DNA of 64,000 nt. It comes from Acidimicrobiia bacterium. GTDB taxonomy: Bacteria; Actinomycetota; Acidimicrobiia; Acidimicrobiales; JANYDT01. A program made the position numbers and the translations under genes. This document shows positions 7,906-17,324 of the stretch, piece by piece. The stretch lies in NCBI GenBank assembly GCA_031429095.1, contig JANOYY010000037.1:4883-68882 (forward strand), given 5' to 3'. Position 1 is the first letter of the stretch. Every line of letters begins with the position of its first letter. The notes below the pieces were generated by a model. The model did not search any database and was not told the origin of the DNA. It saw nothing but the letters and a program-made list of their open reading frames with translations.

Positions 7906-9124
7906 CATCTTGGGTCGTCGGAAGGCTTGTTTTCGCCAACGCGCGCAAACGGTCGTAGTCGGTCTTGGGTTCGCTGGAGTCTTGGGGTTGGGCGGAACCC
8001 TGGGGACTCAATCAGCCAACGCACAGAATGCGTCGTACCCGGCCGGTCCGCCCGTCAAGCTCTCGTTGGTCGCGACCGCGAGTCAACCGATCGGTGTCTA
8101 TGGGCGCCGCGGTGACGACCGACCGTACGTGATCGAGAAAGCCGGCCGTATACGGATACTTCAGGGGGCGACCTGGGGTCCGACCGCCCTCGATATCCGC
8201 GACCGGGTATCGGTCGACAACGAACGTGGATTGTTCGCGATGGCGTTCCACCCGGCAGATCCGACCCGGTTGTTCGTGAGTTACGCAGCGCTCGATGGGG
8301 CACTCATGTTGAGCGAGTTCACCATGGGGGAAATCGTTGCCGACGCTGCGTCGGAGCGAGTCCTGTTGCGGATACCTCACCCCAACAATGATCACTATGG
8401 CGCTGCGCTGCTCTTCGACAAGTCCCGCCACCTGTTGTTCTCGACGGGCGATGGTGGCGGAGTCGGAACAAAGGGCGGTGTTGGTGACAAACCCAACAAC
8501 GCCCAGAACCGAAACGTGCTGCTCGGCAAAATACTTCGCATCGATCCCAGCGCAGAAGATACGCGTGCCTATCAAATTCCGATTGATAACCCGTTCGTGA
8601 GCGGGCGGACGCAGTCGGGAACCTCCTCGCAACCTGCGGCGCCGGAGGTATGGGCGTATGGTCTGCGCAATCCGTGGCGGATGACCCTCGCTGCCGATGG
8701 TTACCTTTGGGTCGCCGACGTCGGCCAGGCTTCATGGGAGGAGATCAACCGTGTGCCGATCACCAAACCAGCGGTCGACTTCGGATGGCGGCTTCGGGAA
8801 GGTATGCACGCATATCGTGGTGGCAGAAAGCTACCCGAGACCACTGATCCGATCTTTGAGTTCGCGCATACGGGTGGCCGATGCGCTGTTATCGGCGGAG
8901 TGGTGGTCGACGATCGAGCGGCTCTCCCGGCACTCATCGGGCGCTATCTCTTCGGCGAGGTGTGTTCGGGCCGCATCGCCGCCCTGACCGTTTCAGGATC
9001 ACGAGCCCAGGCCGTCGACCTGGGGGACCGGACGGCCTACCTGACGTTTCTTGGCGCGGGACCCGACGGCAGGGTCTACGCGACGAGTCTCAATGGCGGC
9101 GTGTATCGCCTTGAGCCCGCCTAA
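7847..9124 (+). CDS. PQQ-dependent sugar (glucose/sorbosone) dehydrogenase family protein, secreted
   Basis: HPNNDHYGAALLF, STGDGGG, NAQNRNVLLGKILRIDP, AYGLRNPWR, VADVGQASWEEIN. Signal-like N-terminus. An alternative TTG start at 7910 would remove the 59-nt overlap with the previous gene. Confidence 0.8.
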   Translation: MNISTWFAVSPTGSKVPGPSILGRRKACFRQRAQTVVVGLGFAGVLGLGGTLGTQSANAQNASYPAGPPVKLSLVATASQPIGVYGRRGDDRPYVIEKAGRIRILQGATWGPTALDIRDRVSVDNERGLFAMAFHPADPTRLFVSYAALDGALMLSEFTMGEIVADAASERVLLRIPHPNNDHYGAALLFDKSRHLLFSTGDGGGVGTKGGVGDKPNNAQNRNVLLGKILRIDPSAEDTRAYQIPIDNPFVSGRTQSGTSSQPAAPEVWAYGLRNPWRMTLAADGYLWVADVGQASWEEINRVPITKPAVDFGWRLREGMHAYRGGRKLPETTDPIFEFAHTGGRCAVIGGVVVDDRAALPALIGRYLFGEVCSGRIAALTVSGSRAQAVDLGDRTAYLTFLGAGPDGRVYATSLNGGVYRLEPA

Positions 9125-9131
9125 ACCTCGC

Positions 9132-9440
9132 CTAAACCGGGTCGACCAACTCCAATGTGACGTCGACCGCCGAACCAGCGCCGAGTCCCTCACTCGTTCG
9201 GACCTGCTTCTTTACGGGAAGTATGTACGCTTTTCTTTTTGAGTCCGGGAATACCGACGTGTTCCACGATGTCGCCCCGATGGTTACCCGTACGCGGACC
9301 GATCCGAAGCCGCGTCGGGTCAGCGATGTCAGTTCCTCGATCTCATCGGATTGATCGTCGGGAACCGTGAAGAAGAACCACGAGGTGGGTCCCTCGTATT
9401 CCCACAGATGTGCGTGAAACCGATACTGCTTCACGGTCAA
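9132..9440 (-). CDS. DUF1905 domain-containing protein
   Basis: WFFFTVP..., GFGSVRVRVTIGATSWNTSVFP..., ILPVKKQVR is typical of DUF1905. 4-nt overlap with the upstream RDD gene. Confidence 0.75.
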   Translation of the reverse strand: MTVKQYRFHAHLWEYEGPTSWFFFTVPDDQSDEIEELTSLTRRGFGSVRVRVTIGATSWNTSVFPDSKRKAYILPVKKQVRTSEGLGAGSAVDVTLELVDPV

Positions 9441-10309
9441 CGCTTCAGCTGTTTCGCCTCGACCAGCAGTTCGAGGAAGCGCTCGTTGGAAAGAGTCGGA
9501 TGAACGCCTTGGACGCGGGGGCGCAACTTCGCCGCAAAATCATCGGCGATCTTGGTGCGGGCGTCGGTAGCAAGTGAGTTCCGCCGAGCTAAGAATTGGC
9601 GCACGATTGCCACGTCGTTGCGCGTAATGCCAACGACGTCCCAGGTGGCAAGTTCGCTTCTTGCCGCCTCCGAGAGCGTCACCGAAAAGTCATCAGGAGA
9701 CGAAACCGGTATGCCGAGAGGACCCAGCGGCGCGTTGGTGAACTGCACCTGCTTCTTCTTTGCCGCGCTCTCACGTCGCTTCAAGCTTGCGGGCTCCACG
9801 ATGACGATCGTGCCTGCCGCAAGGTCGCCAAGCCGCTGCGACCGACTGCTCGTCAAGATGGCGGTGATTCCGATGATGTACCCAAAGGGCATGAAGTCGA
9901 CAATGCGAACGAGATTTCGCACCAGAATCTGACGTGTTGATGCAGGCGAACCTTGATCGCTCACGACGCGCAGGCCGGTGATTCGTTTCCCCAGGGTGCG
10001 GCCCTTGAACAGCGCTTCGCAGAGTGCGAAGTAGAAAAAGATCACGAGGAAGACGCTCACGACGACGAATGCTGACCCCAGGCCGCCGTCTTGAAACGAT
10101 CCTTGGGATGTCGCGCTGACGATGGCGACGAGCATCGCTTGAACAAGAGCGTCTATGACGGCGCCGAAGGCACGCGAACCTAACCCGGCAATCGTGACTT
10201 CGAAGCCAACACCTTCGGGCGTCCGCAACATCGTGCGATCGGAGTCGTACGATCGAGTTGTGGAGCGAGCCACCTGGGTTGTTGTCGGCGGAGGAGGGGC
10301 ATCAATCAT
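9437..10309 (-). CDS. RDD family membrane protein
   Basis: GLGSRAFGAVIDALVQ and GRTLGKRITGLRVV motifs with TM segments. Confidence 0.75.
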   Translation of the reverse strand: MIDAPPPPTTTQVARSTTRSYDSDRTMLRTPEGVGFEVTIAGLGSRAFGAVIDALVQAMLVAIVSATSQGSFQDGGLGSAFVVVSVFLVIFFYFALCEALFKGRTLGKRITGLRVVSDQGSPASTRQILVRNLVRIVDFMPFGYIIGITAILTSSRSQRLGDLAAGTIVIVEPASLKRRESAAKKKQVQFTNAPLGPLGIPVSSPDDFSVTLSEAARSELATWDVVGITRNDVAIVRQFLARRNSLATDARTKIADDFAAKLRPRVQGVHPTLSNERFLELLVEAKQLKR

Positions 10310-10372
10310 GAGTTTGGCGCTGTATCGAAGAAGCTACAACGGCGACCGTAGGAGAAAGATGAACAAAGTGCA

Positions 10373-11383
10373 ATGACGCTCACTGGGGAACCGACAAAAA
10401 CTTCGGCTGTCGATGCCGTAATGACGCTGCGTTCGGAGTTCCTCGCTTCACGCACCCCCGGCTGGGACGAACTTGATGTTCTCGTGAAGCGTGGCTCGAG
10501 CCGTCGCTGCGATGAGCTTCGCCGACTCGGCACTCTCTACAGAGCTGTTGCGGCCGATCTCGCGTATGCCCGTCGTGAGTTCCCGAGCGATCCGATGTTG
10601 CAGCGTCTGGAGCAAACGCTTCTCCACGCGCGAGCGGTCGTTTACCCGCGCGAGCCATCGCATTTCTCGGTACGGGAGTTCTATCGAACGCGCTACTGGC
10701 GCCTGATTGCGGAGCGTCCGTGGCATCTCGCGGCCAGCGTGGCGATGCTCGTCGTCCCTACGATTGCTGTTTTCCTCTGGGCGCTGAAAGATCCTGATCG
10801 GGCTTCGACGCTGCTTGGAACTCGGTTCGAAGGCGGCCGCGAATCGTGGGGTGACCAGGGCTATTCGGGCAGTCAGCAGTCGTCAATCGCTGCTTCCATT
10901 TTTGTGAACAACATACGGGTCAGCTTTCTCGCCTTCGCTGCGGGAATCACCGCCGGTCTCGCCACGGCGTACCTCCTGTTCTTCAACGGAGCTCTTCTCG
11001 GTATGGTCGCCGGACTTTCAACAACTCAGGGACACGGCGACGTTGCGTTCACCCTTATCTACGCACACGGATTTCTCGAGCTCTCGATCATTGCGGTGAC
11101 CGCAGCTGCCGGGATGCGGATGGGATGGGCGATCGTTGATCCCGGCCTGTTGCCCCGACGCGTTGCGTTGCGTGACGCGTCGGTCCGAGCTGTCGAAGTT
11201 GTCATCGGCACCGTGCCCTTCTTCGTGCTTGCCGGCCTCATCGAAGGGTTCTTCACTCCGGCCGGATTCGGACCGATCTGGGCCGGATTGGTGGGGACGA
11301 TCTTCGGGGGCAGTTACTGGGCGTTGGTGGCTTGGCGCGGGCGGTCGAGAGCAACGCCACTCCCGGACCGTACGCGTACATAA
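10373..11383 (+). CDS. Stage II sporulation protein M-like (DUF95) membrane protein
   Basis: FVNNIRVSFLAFAAGITAG...FFNGALLG...HGFLELSIIAVTAAAG pattern. Confidence 0.75.
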   Translation: MTLTGEPTKTSAVDAVMTLRSEFLASRTPGWDELDVLVKRGSSRRCDELRRLGTLYRAVAADLAYARREFPSDPMLQRLEQTLLHARAVVYPREPSHFSVREFYRTRYWRLIAERPWHLAASVAMLVVPTIAVFLWALKDPDRASTLLGTRFEGGRESWGDQGYSGSQQSSIAASIFVNNIRVSFLAFAAGITAGLATAYLLFFNGALLGMVAGLSTTQGHGDVAFTLIYAHGFLELSIIAVTAAAGMRMGWAIVDPGLLPRRVALRDASVRAVEVVIGTVPFFVLAGLIEGFFTPAGFGPIWAGLVGTIFGGSYWALVAWRGRSRATPLPDRTRT

Positions 11384-12618
11384 GTCTGCACCATTGATTC
11401 GGAATACTTGCCCACCGATGCAGTAACGACAATCGCTCCGGTGTTTTGCACCAACTGGACGGTGTTTCGCAGTGCGGCGTCGATATCGGCCATCACAGCA
11501 AGTTCCCCGGGCGTGCCAAAGGTTCGTGCACGTACGTATTCGGGATCATCAATGCAGGCAATGAACACGATATGGCGTCGGCACAGGGCCGGAAGGGCAC
11601 TGAGAAGCAGGGCGGCCGCCGCCTCGTCGATCAAGTCGGTGAACACGAACACAAGACCGCGACGATTTGACGATGCGGTCGCGAACGCTGCCGCGTGATC
11701 GCTCTCGTCGTCCGTGGGCTCCAAGCCAAAGCTTGTCTCGACCAATCGGGCCCCGCCGCGTCGTCGCGGGAACATCACCTGTCCAACCTGCGAGGCATAT
11801 GACACGAACCCCACCCGGTCGTTGAGATCGTCGGCGACCAGCCCGAGGGCGGCAGCGGCGTCGAGTGCGAGATCCAGTCGAGTCACGGGCCCGGTCGTTG
11901 CTATCAGGGACGCTCCACTCAGGCGACCGGTGTCGACGAGCACCCAAAGGTCAGTGTCCTGTTCGACGCGGAGGTTGTTGCTCATCGGTCGACCGAGGCG
12001 AGCGGTGGCTCGCCAGTTGATCTGTCGAACGTCGTCATCGGTTCGATACTCACGAACGGATTCGAACTCGGTGCCGAGTCCGAGCGGACCGCGGCGGCGA
12101 GAGCCGACTGCGCGGATGGATCGCTGTCGGACGGCTTGGGCCAGACGCTGTGCGGCGGGAAGATCGGGGTACACGTTGAACGGCGCGTCGACGCCGAGTT
12201 CATGGAACCAGCTTCCGAGCCCGAGCGGGCCATCGCAGCGTACGGCGACACGGGGAAGGACGTACGAACCTCGTCGAAGGGGGATCAGGACCGTTTCCAA
12301 CGATCGGCCGGTCGTCGTCGACTCCGGCGACGTCATGTCCGGAGGAAGCGGTTGTCGAATCTGGACCCGTGACGCTCCTGCTGCATCGACGGAGATCTTC
12401 AACGGTGTTGGCGCTCCGCGGGAGAAAGCGCCAATTTCACGAATAGTTACAGGCAACTTTTTGACTGCAAACGCATCGATTGTCGACACGACGACAACGA
12501 CGACCATCGCGAACAGCATCAGTTGCGATTGGCCGACAAGCGCGAGGGTTGATGTCGCGACCATGAACAGCGCAGCTCGTGGCGTTGCGCGAAACGGGAA
12601 ACGCCACAGCGTATTCAT
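11314..12618 (-). CDS. DUF58 domain-containing protein
   Basis: REYRTDDDVRQINWRATARLGRPMSNNLRVEQD motif. N-terminal TM segments. 4-nt overlap with the upstream MoxR gene. Confidence 0.85.
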   Translation of the reverse strand: MNTLWRFPFRATPRAALFMVATSTLALVGQSQLMLFAMVVVVVVSTIDAFAVKKLPVTIREIGAFSRGAPTPLKISVDAAGASRVQIRQPLPPDMTSPESTTTGRSLETVLIPLRRGSYVLPRVAVRCDGPLGLGSWFHELGVDAPFNVYPDLPAAQRLAQAVRQRSIRAVGSRRRGPLGLGTEFESVREYRTDDDVRQINWRATARLGRPMSNNLRVEQDTDLWVLVDTGRLSGASLIATTGPVTRLDLALDAAAALGLVADDLNDRVGFVSYASQVGQVMFPRRRGGARLVETSFGLEPTDDESDHAAAFATASSNRRGLVFVFTDLIDEAAAALLLSALPALCRRHIVFIACIDDPEYVRARTFGTPGELAVMADIDAALRNTVQLVQNTGAIVVTASVGKYSESMVQTYVRVRSGSGVALDRPRQATNAQ

Positions 12619-13553
12619 CGAGGAACGGTGACCGAGCCGAGAAGGTTTCGGATGACGTCATCCACTTTGTAGCCCTCAAGTTCGGCTTCGGGTCGAAGGA
12701 TCAGGCGGTGTCGAAGTACCGGAGGAGTTGCGATGGCAAGGTCATCGGGGGTGAGGAAATCTCGTCCGGCAAGTCGAGCGGCCGCCTTCGCAGCGGCCAT
12801 GAGGTGTACGGTGGCGCGAGGTGATGCACCGAGTTCAATCGATGCAACCGATCGGCTCGCTCTGATGATGCGCACGGCGTAAGCCGAAAGATCGGGGTGT
12901 ACCGTTGTCAAGTCGACAAGCGCGCGTAGTTTCGCGATGTCATCTGAGTTCGCGACCTGCTGCACATCATCAATCGATGTTGCACGCACACCCGACCGGC
13001 GCAGCGCCAGCATCGCGACCTCTTCCTCCTCCCTGGGATAGCCCACCATGACCTTCAAGGTAAAACGGTCGAGTTGCGCCTCGGGGAGTGGATAGGTGCC
13101 TTCGTACTCGATCGGATTCTGCGTCGCAATGACAAGGAACGGATCTTCGAGCGGGTGGGTCGTACCGTCGACCGATACGGTGCCCTCGCCCATTGCCTCC
13201 AGCAGGGCTGCCTGTGTCTTCGGTGGCGTGCGGTTGATCTCGTCGGCCAATACGATGTTGGAAAAGATTGGACCGCGCCGAAAGGCAAGATCACCTATTT
13301 GTCCGCCGACGAGCGCCATCGTGCCCGTGAGGTCACTCGGCAACATGTCTGGGGTGAACTGCACCCGGCGGAACTTCACGCCCAGCGTCCGGGCGATTGC
13401 GTTGGCGAGCAGCGTTTTCGCAGTGCCCGGAGGCCCTTCGAGCAACACGTGTCCGCGGGTGGCGAGCGCGATCAAGATCTGGTCGACAACGTGGTCTTGA
13501 CCGAGCACCACCTTGTTGACTTCGCGAACGATGCTCTGACGGAGTTCCAACAT
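12615..13553 (-). CDS. MoxR family AAA+ ATPase
   Basis: LLEGPPGTAKTLLANAIA (Walker A), RVQFTPDMLPSDLTG, ADEINRTPPKTQAALLEAM. Confidence 0.92.
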   Translation of the reverse strand: MLELRQSIVREVNKVVLGQDHVVDQILIALATRGHVLLEGPPGTAKTLLANAIARTLGVKFRRVQFTPDMLPSDLTGTMALVGGQIGDLAFRRGPIFSNIVLADEINRTPPKTQAALLEAMGEGTVSVDGTTHPLEDPFLVIATQNPIEYEGTYPLPEAQLDRFTLKVMVGYPREEEEVAMLALRRSGVRATSIDDVQQVANSDDIAKLRALVDLTTVHPDLSAYAVRIIRASRSVASIELGASPRATVHLMAAAKAAARLAGRDFLTPDDLAIATPPVLRHRLILRPEAELEGYKVDDVIRNLLGSVTVPR

Positions 13554-13556
13554 GAG

Positions 13557-14639
13557 TTACCTGGTTTCTGGCTGGTCGGGAGCGACCGTGTCGGGATGGG
13601 GGATCGGCGAGGCAGTGGGCGCGGAGGGGGCACGTCGGAATCTTTCCCTCGGCCCCCGCTCCAGTTTGTCGAGTGACGTGGCCATCGAAGTCAGGTACAG
13701 GCTGCGAGGGGGCGCAAGCTCGCGATGGGCCAGTTCGGGTGGCCCGTTTCGTTTGCCTCGGGTGATCATGAGAAGAACGGTCGCTGCGACGAGACCCCAC
13801 AAGAAATGACGAACGTTTTTCGGAAGTCCGGTGGGCGTCAGCGAAGATCGGAATCCGTGTGGCTCCTCGGCGAACACGATTGGACGCAAGCCGCTGCCGA
13901 GTAGTTCGAGGGCAAATGCTGCGTTGTCCGCTTTGTCGAGTTGCGCGTTCGTGAACATCGAGGCATCCGATACCAGGGTCATCTGACCGGCATCGATGGA
14001 GACGGTCACCGCAATGGGCAGACCCTCTCGGAAAGCTATTGCGTCGACGGGAATCGTCTGCGCGCCTTCATCTTCTTTGAGGTGAAATGATTGCGTACCA
14101 ATGACCCGCAATTGTTTCGCGACGAGGCCACTGGACTCCGAAGTCGATGCATTGCCGACCGTATCGCCGGTCTGTCTATTCGGATCGATCTTCGGGAACG
14201 AATCGTCGAGGTCGACAGCGTCGGCAATCAGCGACGTCCACCCGCCAGGTCGATCGACGGATGCAACCAGCGTTCCCCCGCGGCGAACGAAGAGCGCGAG
14301 GTCGTTGGCCGCATCGTTGCTCACCTCTGCGTTCAGTACGACCAGGACTGAGTTCGTGGCCAGGGGATACGGGTCGGTAGTCGCCGACTGATCGAGAGAG
14401 GTTGTTCGTCGAGACACCGGATAGTTGTAAGTCGCCGCAAGGTCGGCCAGTGCAGCCACGCCCCCCTCGACGGTGGCGAACGACGACCCATCGGGTCCCT
14501 TTTGCGGCGGGTCGTTCACCAGGGGCCGCAACACCACCAAGAGCGCGACAACGACACCGGCGATGATCGTGACTCGTTTAAGAAGAGTCGCCCAGCGCGG
14601 TGTGCTCACCTCGCTGGCCCGAAGTGTTTCGGCGCTCAA
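13557..14639 (-). CDS. DUF4350-like protein (MoxR-operon associated)
   Basis: N-terminal TM segment followed by an extracytoplasmic domain. The position between MoxR and DUF4129 is typical of the conserved actinobacterial module. Confidence 0.6.
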   Translation of the reverse strand: MSAETLRASEVSTPRWATLLKRVTIIAGVVVALLVVLRPLVNDPPQKGPDGSSFATVEGGVAALADLAATYNYPVSRRTTSLDQSATTDPYPLATNSVLVVLNAEVSNDAANDLALFVRRGGTLVASVDRPGGWTSLIADAVDLDDSFPKIDPNRQTGDTVGNASTSESSGLVAKQLRVIGTQSFHLKEDEGAQTIPVDAIAFREGLPIAVTVSIDAGQMTLVSDASMFTNAQLDKADNAAFALELLGSGLRPIVFAEEPHGFRSSLTPTGLPKNVRHFLWGLVAATVLLMITRGKRNGPPELAHRELAPPRSLYLTSMATSLDKLERGPRERFRRAPSAPTASPIPHPDTVAPDQPETR

Positions 14640-15340
14640 CGCCGGCGGCCCGTTCTCTTTTGCTTCGCGGAGTCTTTTACCGCCATCTGCTGCGTCGCAA
14701 CTTGTCGGCGAGCCTCATTCACCACGCTGGGCCACTCCTGCTTCGATCGCTCGGCGGCGGACGCCGACCCTGGGTCGCTGCCGTAACGAACGCCGTCGAA
14801 TGTGGCGGCAATAGGGGGGAAGCTGTTTGGTGCGGTCGAGGCAATCACTCGGTTGGTCTGGCGCGATGCCGCTGGTTGCGGGCCCTTCTCCAACTTCACG
14901 ATTCCGGCTCGAAATCGGAAGACGATGGCAGATCGATAGTCGCCCTGGGCATACGCCTCATCGGCGAGGCGCTCCCAATGGGCACTGGACAGTTCTTCGG
15001 CGGAACCCGTGTTCGCCTGTGTACGTAGTGATCGTCGGCTGACCCGAGCGATTAGTACCTTCGCGAGAAGCGCAGCGACTGCGATCGCCACGATCACGAG
15101 CGCGATTGTCGATCCCCCGGAGACGTCAGGAAAGATTCGATCTATGACGTCGCCGATCCATCGAAGGAGCGATCGCACGGCGTCGCCGATCTTCGAAAGC
15201 GGCCCGTTCAGTGGCGTCTTTACCTCAAAATCGCGGTACTTGCGACTCGACAGAATTTCATTCGCCTTTCGACGGACTTCCTCTGGACTCTTGATTTCGG
15301 GGACCTGATCACGCCATTGGGCAACGAAGGAATGCATCAT
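14636..15340 (-). CDS. DUF4129 domain-containing protein
   Basis: C-terminal ADEAYAQGDYRSAIVFRFRAGIVKLE motif. Start set at ATG 15340 (MMHSF...) because the track ORF extends into the upstream gene. Confidence 0.65.
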   Translation of the reverse strand: MMHSFVAQWRDQVPEIKSPEEVRRKANEILSSRKYRDFEVKTPLNGPLSKIGDAVRSLLRWIGDVIDRIFPDVSGGSTIALVIVAIAVAALLAKVLIARVSRRSLRTQANTGSAEELSSAHWERLADEAYAQGDYRSAIVFRFRAGIVKLEKGPQPAASRQTNRVIASTAPNSFPPIAATFDGVRYGSDPGSASAAERSKQEWPSVVNEARRQVATQQMAVKDSAKQKRTGRRR

Positions 15341-15353
15341 GTGGTCGGCTCTT

Positions 15354-16274
15354 CTAGCCGAGAAGTGTCGGGCTTGACAGCTGACTGCTGAGTTGGCCGA
15401 TGTCGAGCGCTTCAAGTCGTACGCGAGAGTCGACATACATCGCGACGCCGAGTGCGGTGTACATCGGGAACCAAATCCCGAGGTATAGGAGATAGCCGGC
15501 GAAGGCGACGATCCCGATGCCGATGCTCCCTTCGATGGCCGAGAACACTGCTGCGCCGACGCCCCCGGCAACGACACCAAAGATCACTATGAGAATCAGC
15601 ATCAGGGCCTGGAGCGCCCCGTACTGCAACCACCGGCGCTTGGTCAGGCTGAACCCGCGTTTTAATGCCTCGACCGGTCCGATGTATTCGATGATCAACG
15701 CAATGAATCCGAGTTGGAACCGTCCCGTCAGGCCAAGAAGGCCGATGAACGTGGCGAGATAGCTGATTGCAGCGACCACAATCACGCCGACTGCCCCGGT
15801 GATGCGGGCGACCGCGAATATGGCGAAGAAGGCCAGAACGAAAACGATGGTCGTTGGAACCATGAGGCCGAGCAACGCCAGCGAAGAGAGGATGGCGTAG
15901 AGAATTGCGATCGGCACGCGTCGCAGTCCGTGCCGGAGCGCATCGCCCGACGAAATGGGCGCACCCATATGGATTGCGTACATCGCCGGGACCAACGTTA
16001 CAACGAGTAGCCCGACAACGATGGTCGAGACGAGCGAGAGACCGCTCTGACCGTTGGAGCTTGTGGTGAAGTCCCTTGCCGAAGCGGCGTTCTGCAAGCT
16101 CGCAATTTGGACCGCAGCGAGCGCCGAAACCGGAACAAGCACCGCAAGCATCACTGGCCACATCGTGTGAATGGCGTGTCTCGTGAGGCGGAATGCGACA
16201 TCCATCAACTCGCCGGCACGACGCGGCCGAAGTTCGAAACCTGAACCAATCCCGCCCTGCCCGGCAATGTTCAT
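15354..16274 (-). CDS. Polytopic membrane protein (GPDPase_memb / DUF975-like), paralog 1
   Basis: 306 aa and multi-TM. The N- and C-terminal patterns are shared with the adjacent 306-aa paralog. Confidence 0.6.
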   Translation of the reverse strand: MNIAGQGGIGSGFELRPRRAGELMDVAFRLTRHAIHTMWPVMLAVLVPVSALAAVQIASLQNAASARDFTTSSNGQSGLSLVSTIVVGLLVVTLVPAMYAIHMGAPISSGDALRHGLRRVPIAILYAILSSLALLGLMVPTTIVFVLAFFAIFAVARITGAVGVIVVAAISYLATFIGLLGLTGRFQLGFIALIIEYIGPVEALKRGFSLTKRRWLQYGALQALMLILIVIFGVVAGGVGAAVFSAIEGSIGIGIVAFAGYLLYLGIWFPMYTALGVAMYVDSRVRLEALDIGQLSSQLSSPTLLG

Positions 16275-16336
16275 CCCGCAACGGTACTCAGGTCGTCGTG
16301 TTTTTTCGTTGATCCCTCGTCACCGCTGGCTGTGCC

Positions 16337-17257
16337 TCAGACCCTAGAAAAGTCGGCCGCCAGCCGCTGTAGATCGAAGCCTTCTTTGCGGACACGAAGG
16401 TCGAAGTACAAGAACACCGAGATGGCCGCCGTGAGGGGAGCGAAAAGCGCGCCCGATGCAGTGCCGGCGACAGCAGCCCAGATGAACTCGAACGCTGCGT
16501 TGTTCCCGCCGAGGCCCTTTAAGACCGAGTTGAGGAGCCCGTCGACAATGTTTGATGGGATGCCGGTGACGAGTCCGGAGAGAAACATGATTCCAAGGAT
16601 CGGCCACCAGCGTCCCTTCGTAAGAGCGAAGGATCGGCGGAGCGCTTGTACGGGGCCGAGGCGCTCGAGTACGAGTGCGGGTCCGGCCATGGTGAATCGG
16701 ATGATCAGCCAAATACTCATGATCGACGTGGGAAGCACGAGCAGCAAAAGCGCGGGGGCTTTCGCAACGAGTGCGACTACCACGACAACGATCGTGGCGA
16801 TACCGCTCACCAGAAAGCCGAGAAGGGTAGTGGCGAACAACTTCGGAGCAATCTTCAACGCCATGATCAGTGCCGACTTGCTGTCGAGTTCTTCGCGGAG
16901 GACCAGTTTACCGATGATTGCGGTAAGCGCTGCGGACAACGCGTAGGTCGAGATGACCGAGAGGACGATTGCCGCAGTGAACGCGCCGATTTGGCCGCTC
17001 GTGAAGTCCGGTCTCGGGATCTCGCCACCTCTGGCATCGGAGACCGCCTGGATGTCTTTCTGCCATTGGGTCAAGGTGTCTTGGAAACTCGGTTCAACCG
17101 ATACGAAGAGATATGCGCTGATCAACTGAAATGGCACCAAAATGGCCGCTGCGAATGGGACCAGCCTGCGAAAGTTGCGCGACCAGATCTTGATTGCTGC
17201 ATCGAGAATTTCACTCGCCCGGCGCTCTCGAAGTTCTGGGGTCTGCTGGTCAGTCAT
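16337..17257 (-). CDS. Polytopic membrane protein (GPDPase_memb / DUF975-like), paralog 2
   Basis: 306 aa. ELRERRASEILDAAIKIW... N-terminus and ...YFDLRVRKEGFDL C-terminus parallel paralog 1. Confidence 0.6.
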   Translation of the reverse strand: MTDQQTPELRERRASEILDAAIKIWSRNFRRLVPFAAAILVPFQLISAYLFVSVEPSFQDTLTQWQKDIQAVSDARGGEIPRPDFTSGQIGAFTAAIVLSVISTYALSAALTAIIGKLVLREELDSKSALIMALKIAPKLFATTLLGFLVSGIATIVVVVVALVAKAPALLLLVLPTSIMSIWLIIRFTMAGPALVLERLGPVQALRRSFALTKGRWWPILGIMFLSGLVTGIPSNIVDGLLNSVLKGLGGNNAAFEFIWAAVAGTASGALFAPLTAAISVFLYFDLRVRKEGFDLQRLAADFSRV

Positions 17258-17324
17258 GAGCCACAGTCTCGCGGACGCGCGCGCCGGAGTGGACCATATG
17301 CGGGTGGACTACTACGTGCGCAGA

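Noticed and set aside
12615-13553. The MoxR AAA+ ATPase cluster, considered as a possible anti-phage defence system.
   Set aside because: The gene set (DUF58, DUF4350, DUF4129, RDD, SpoIIM-like) is a widely conserved housekeeping-type actinobacterial module. No nuclease, methylase or other defence-type domains were seen, and there are no mobile-element hallmarks nearby.
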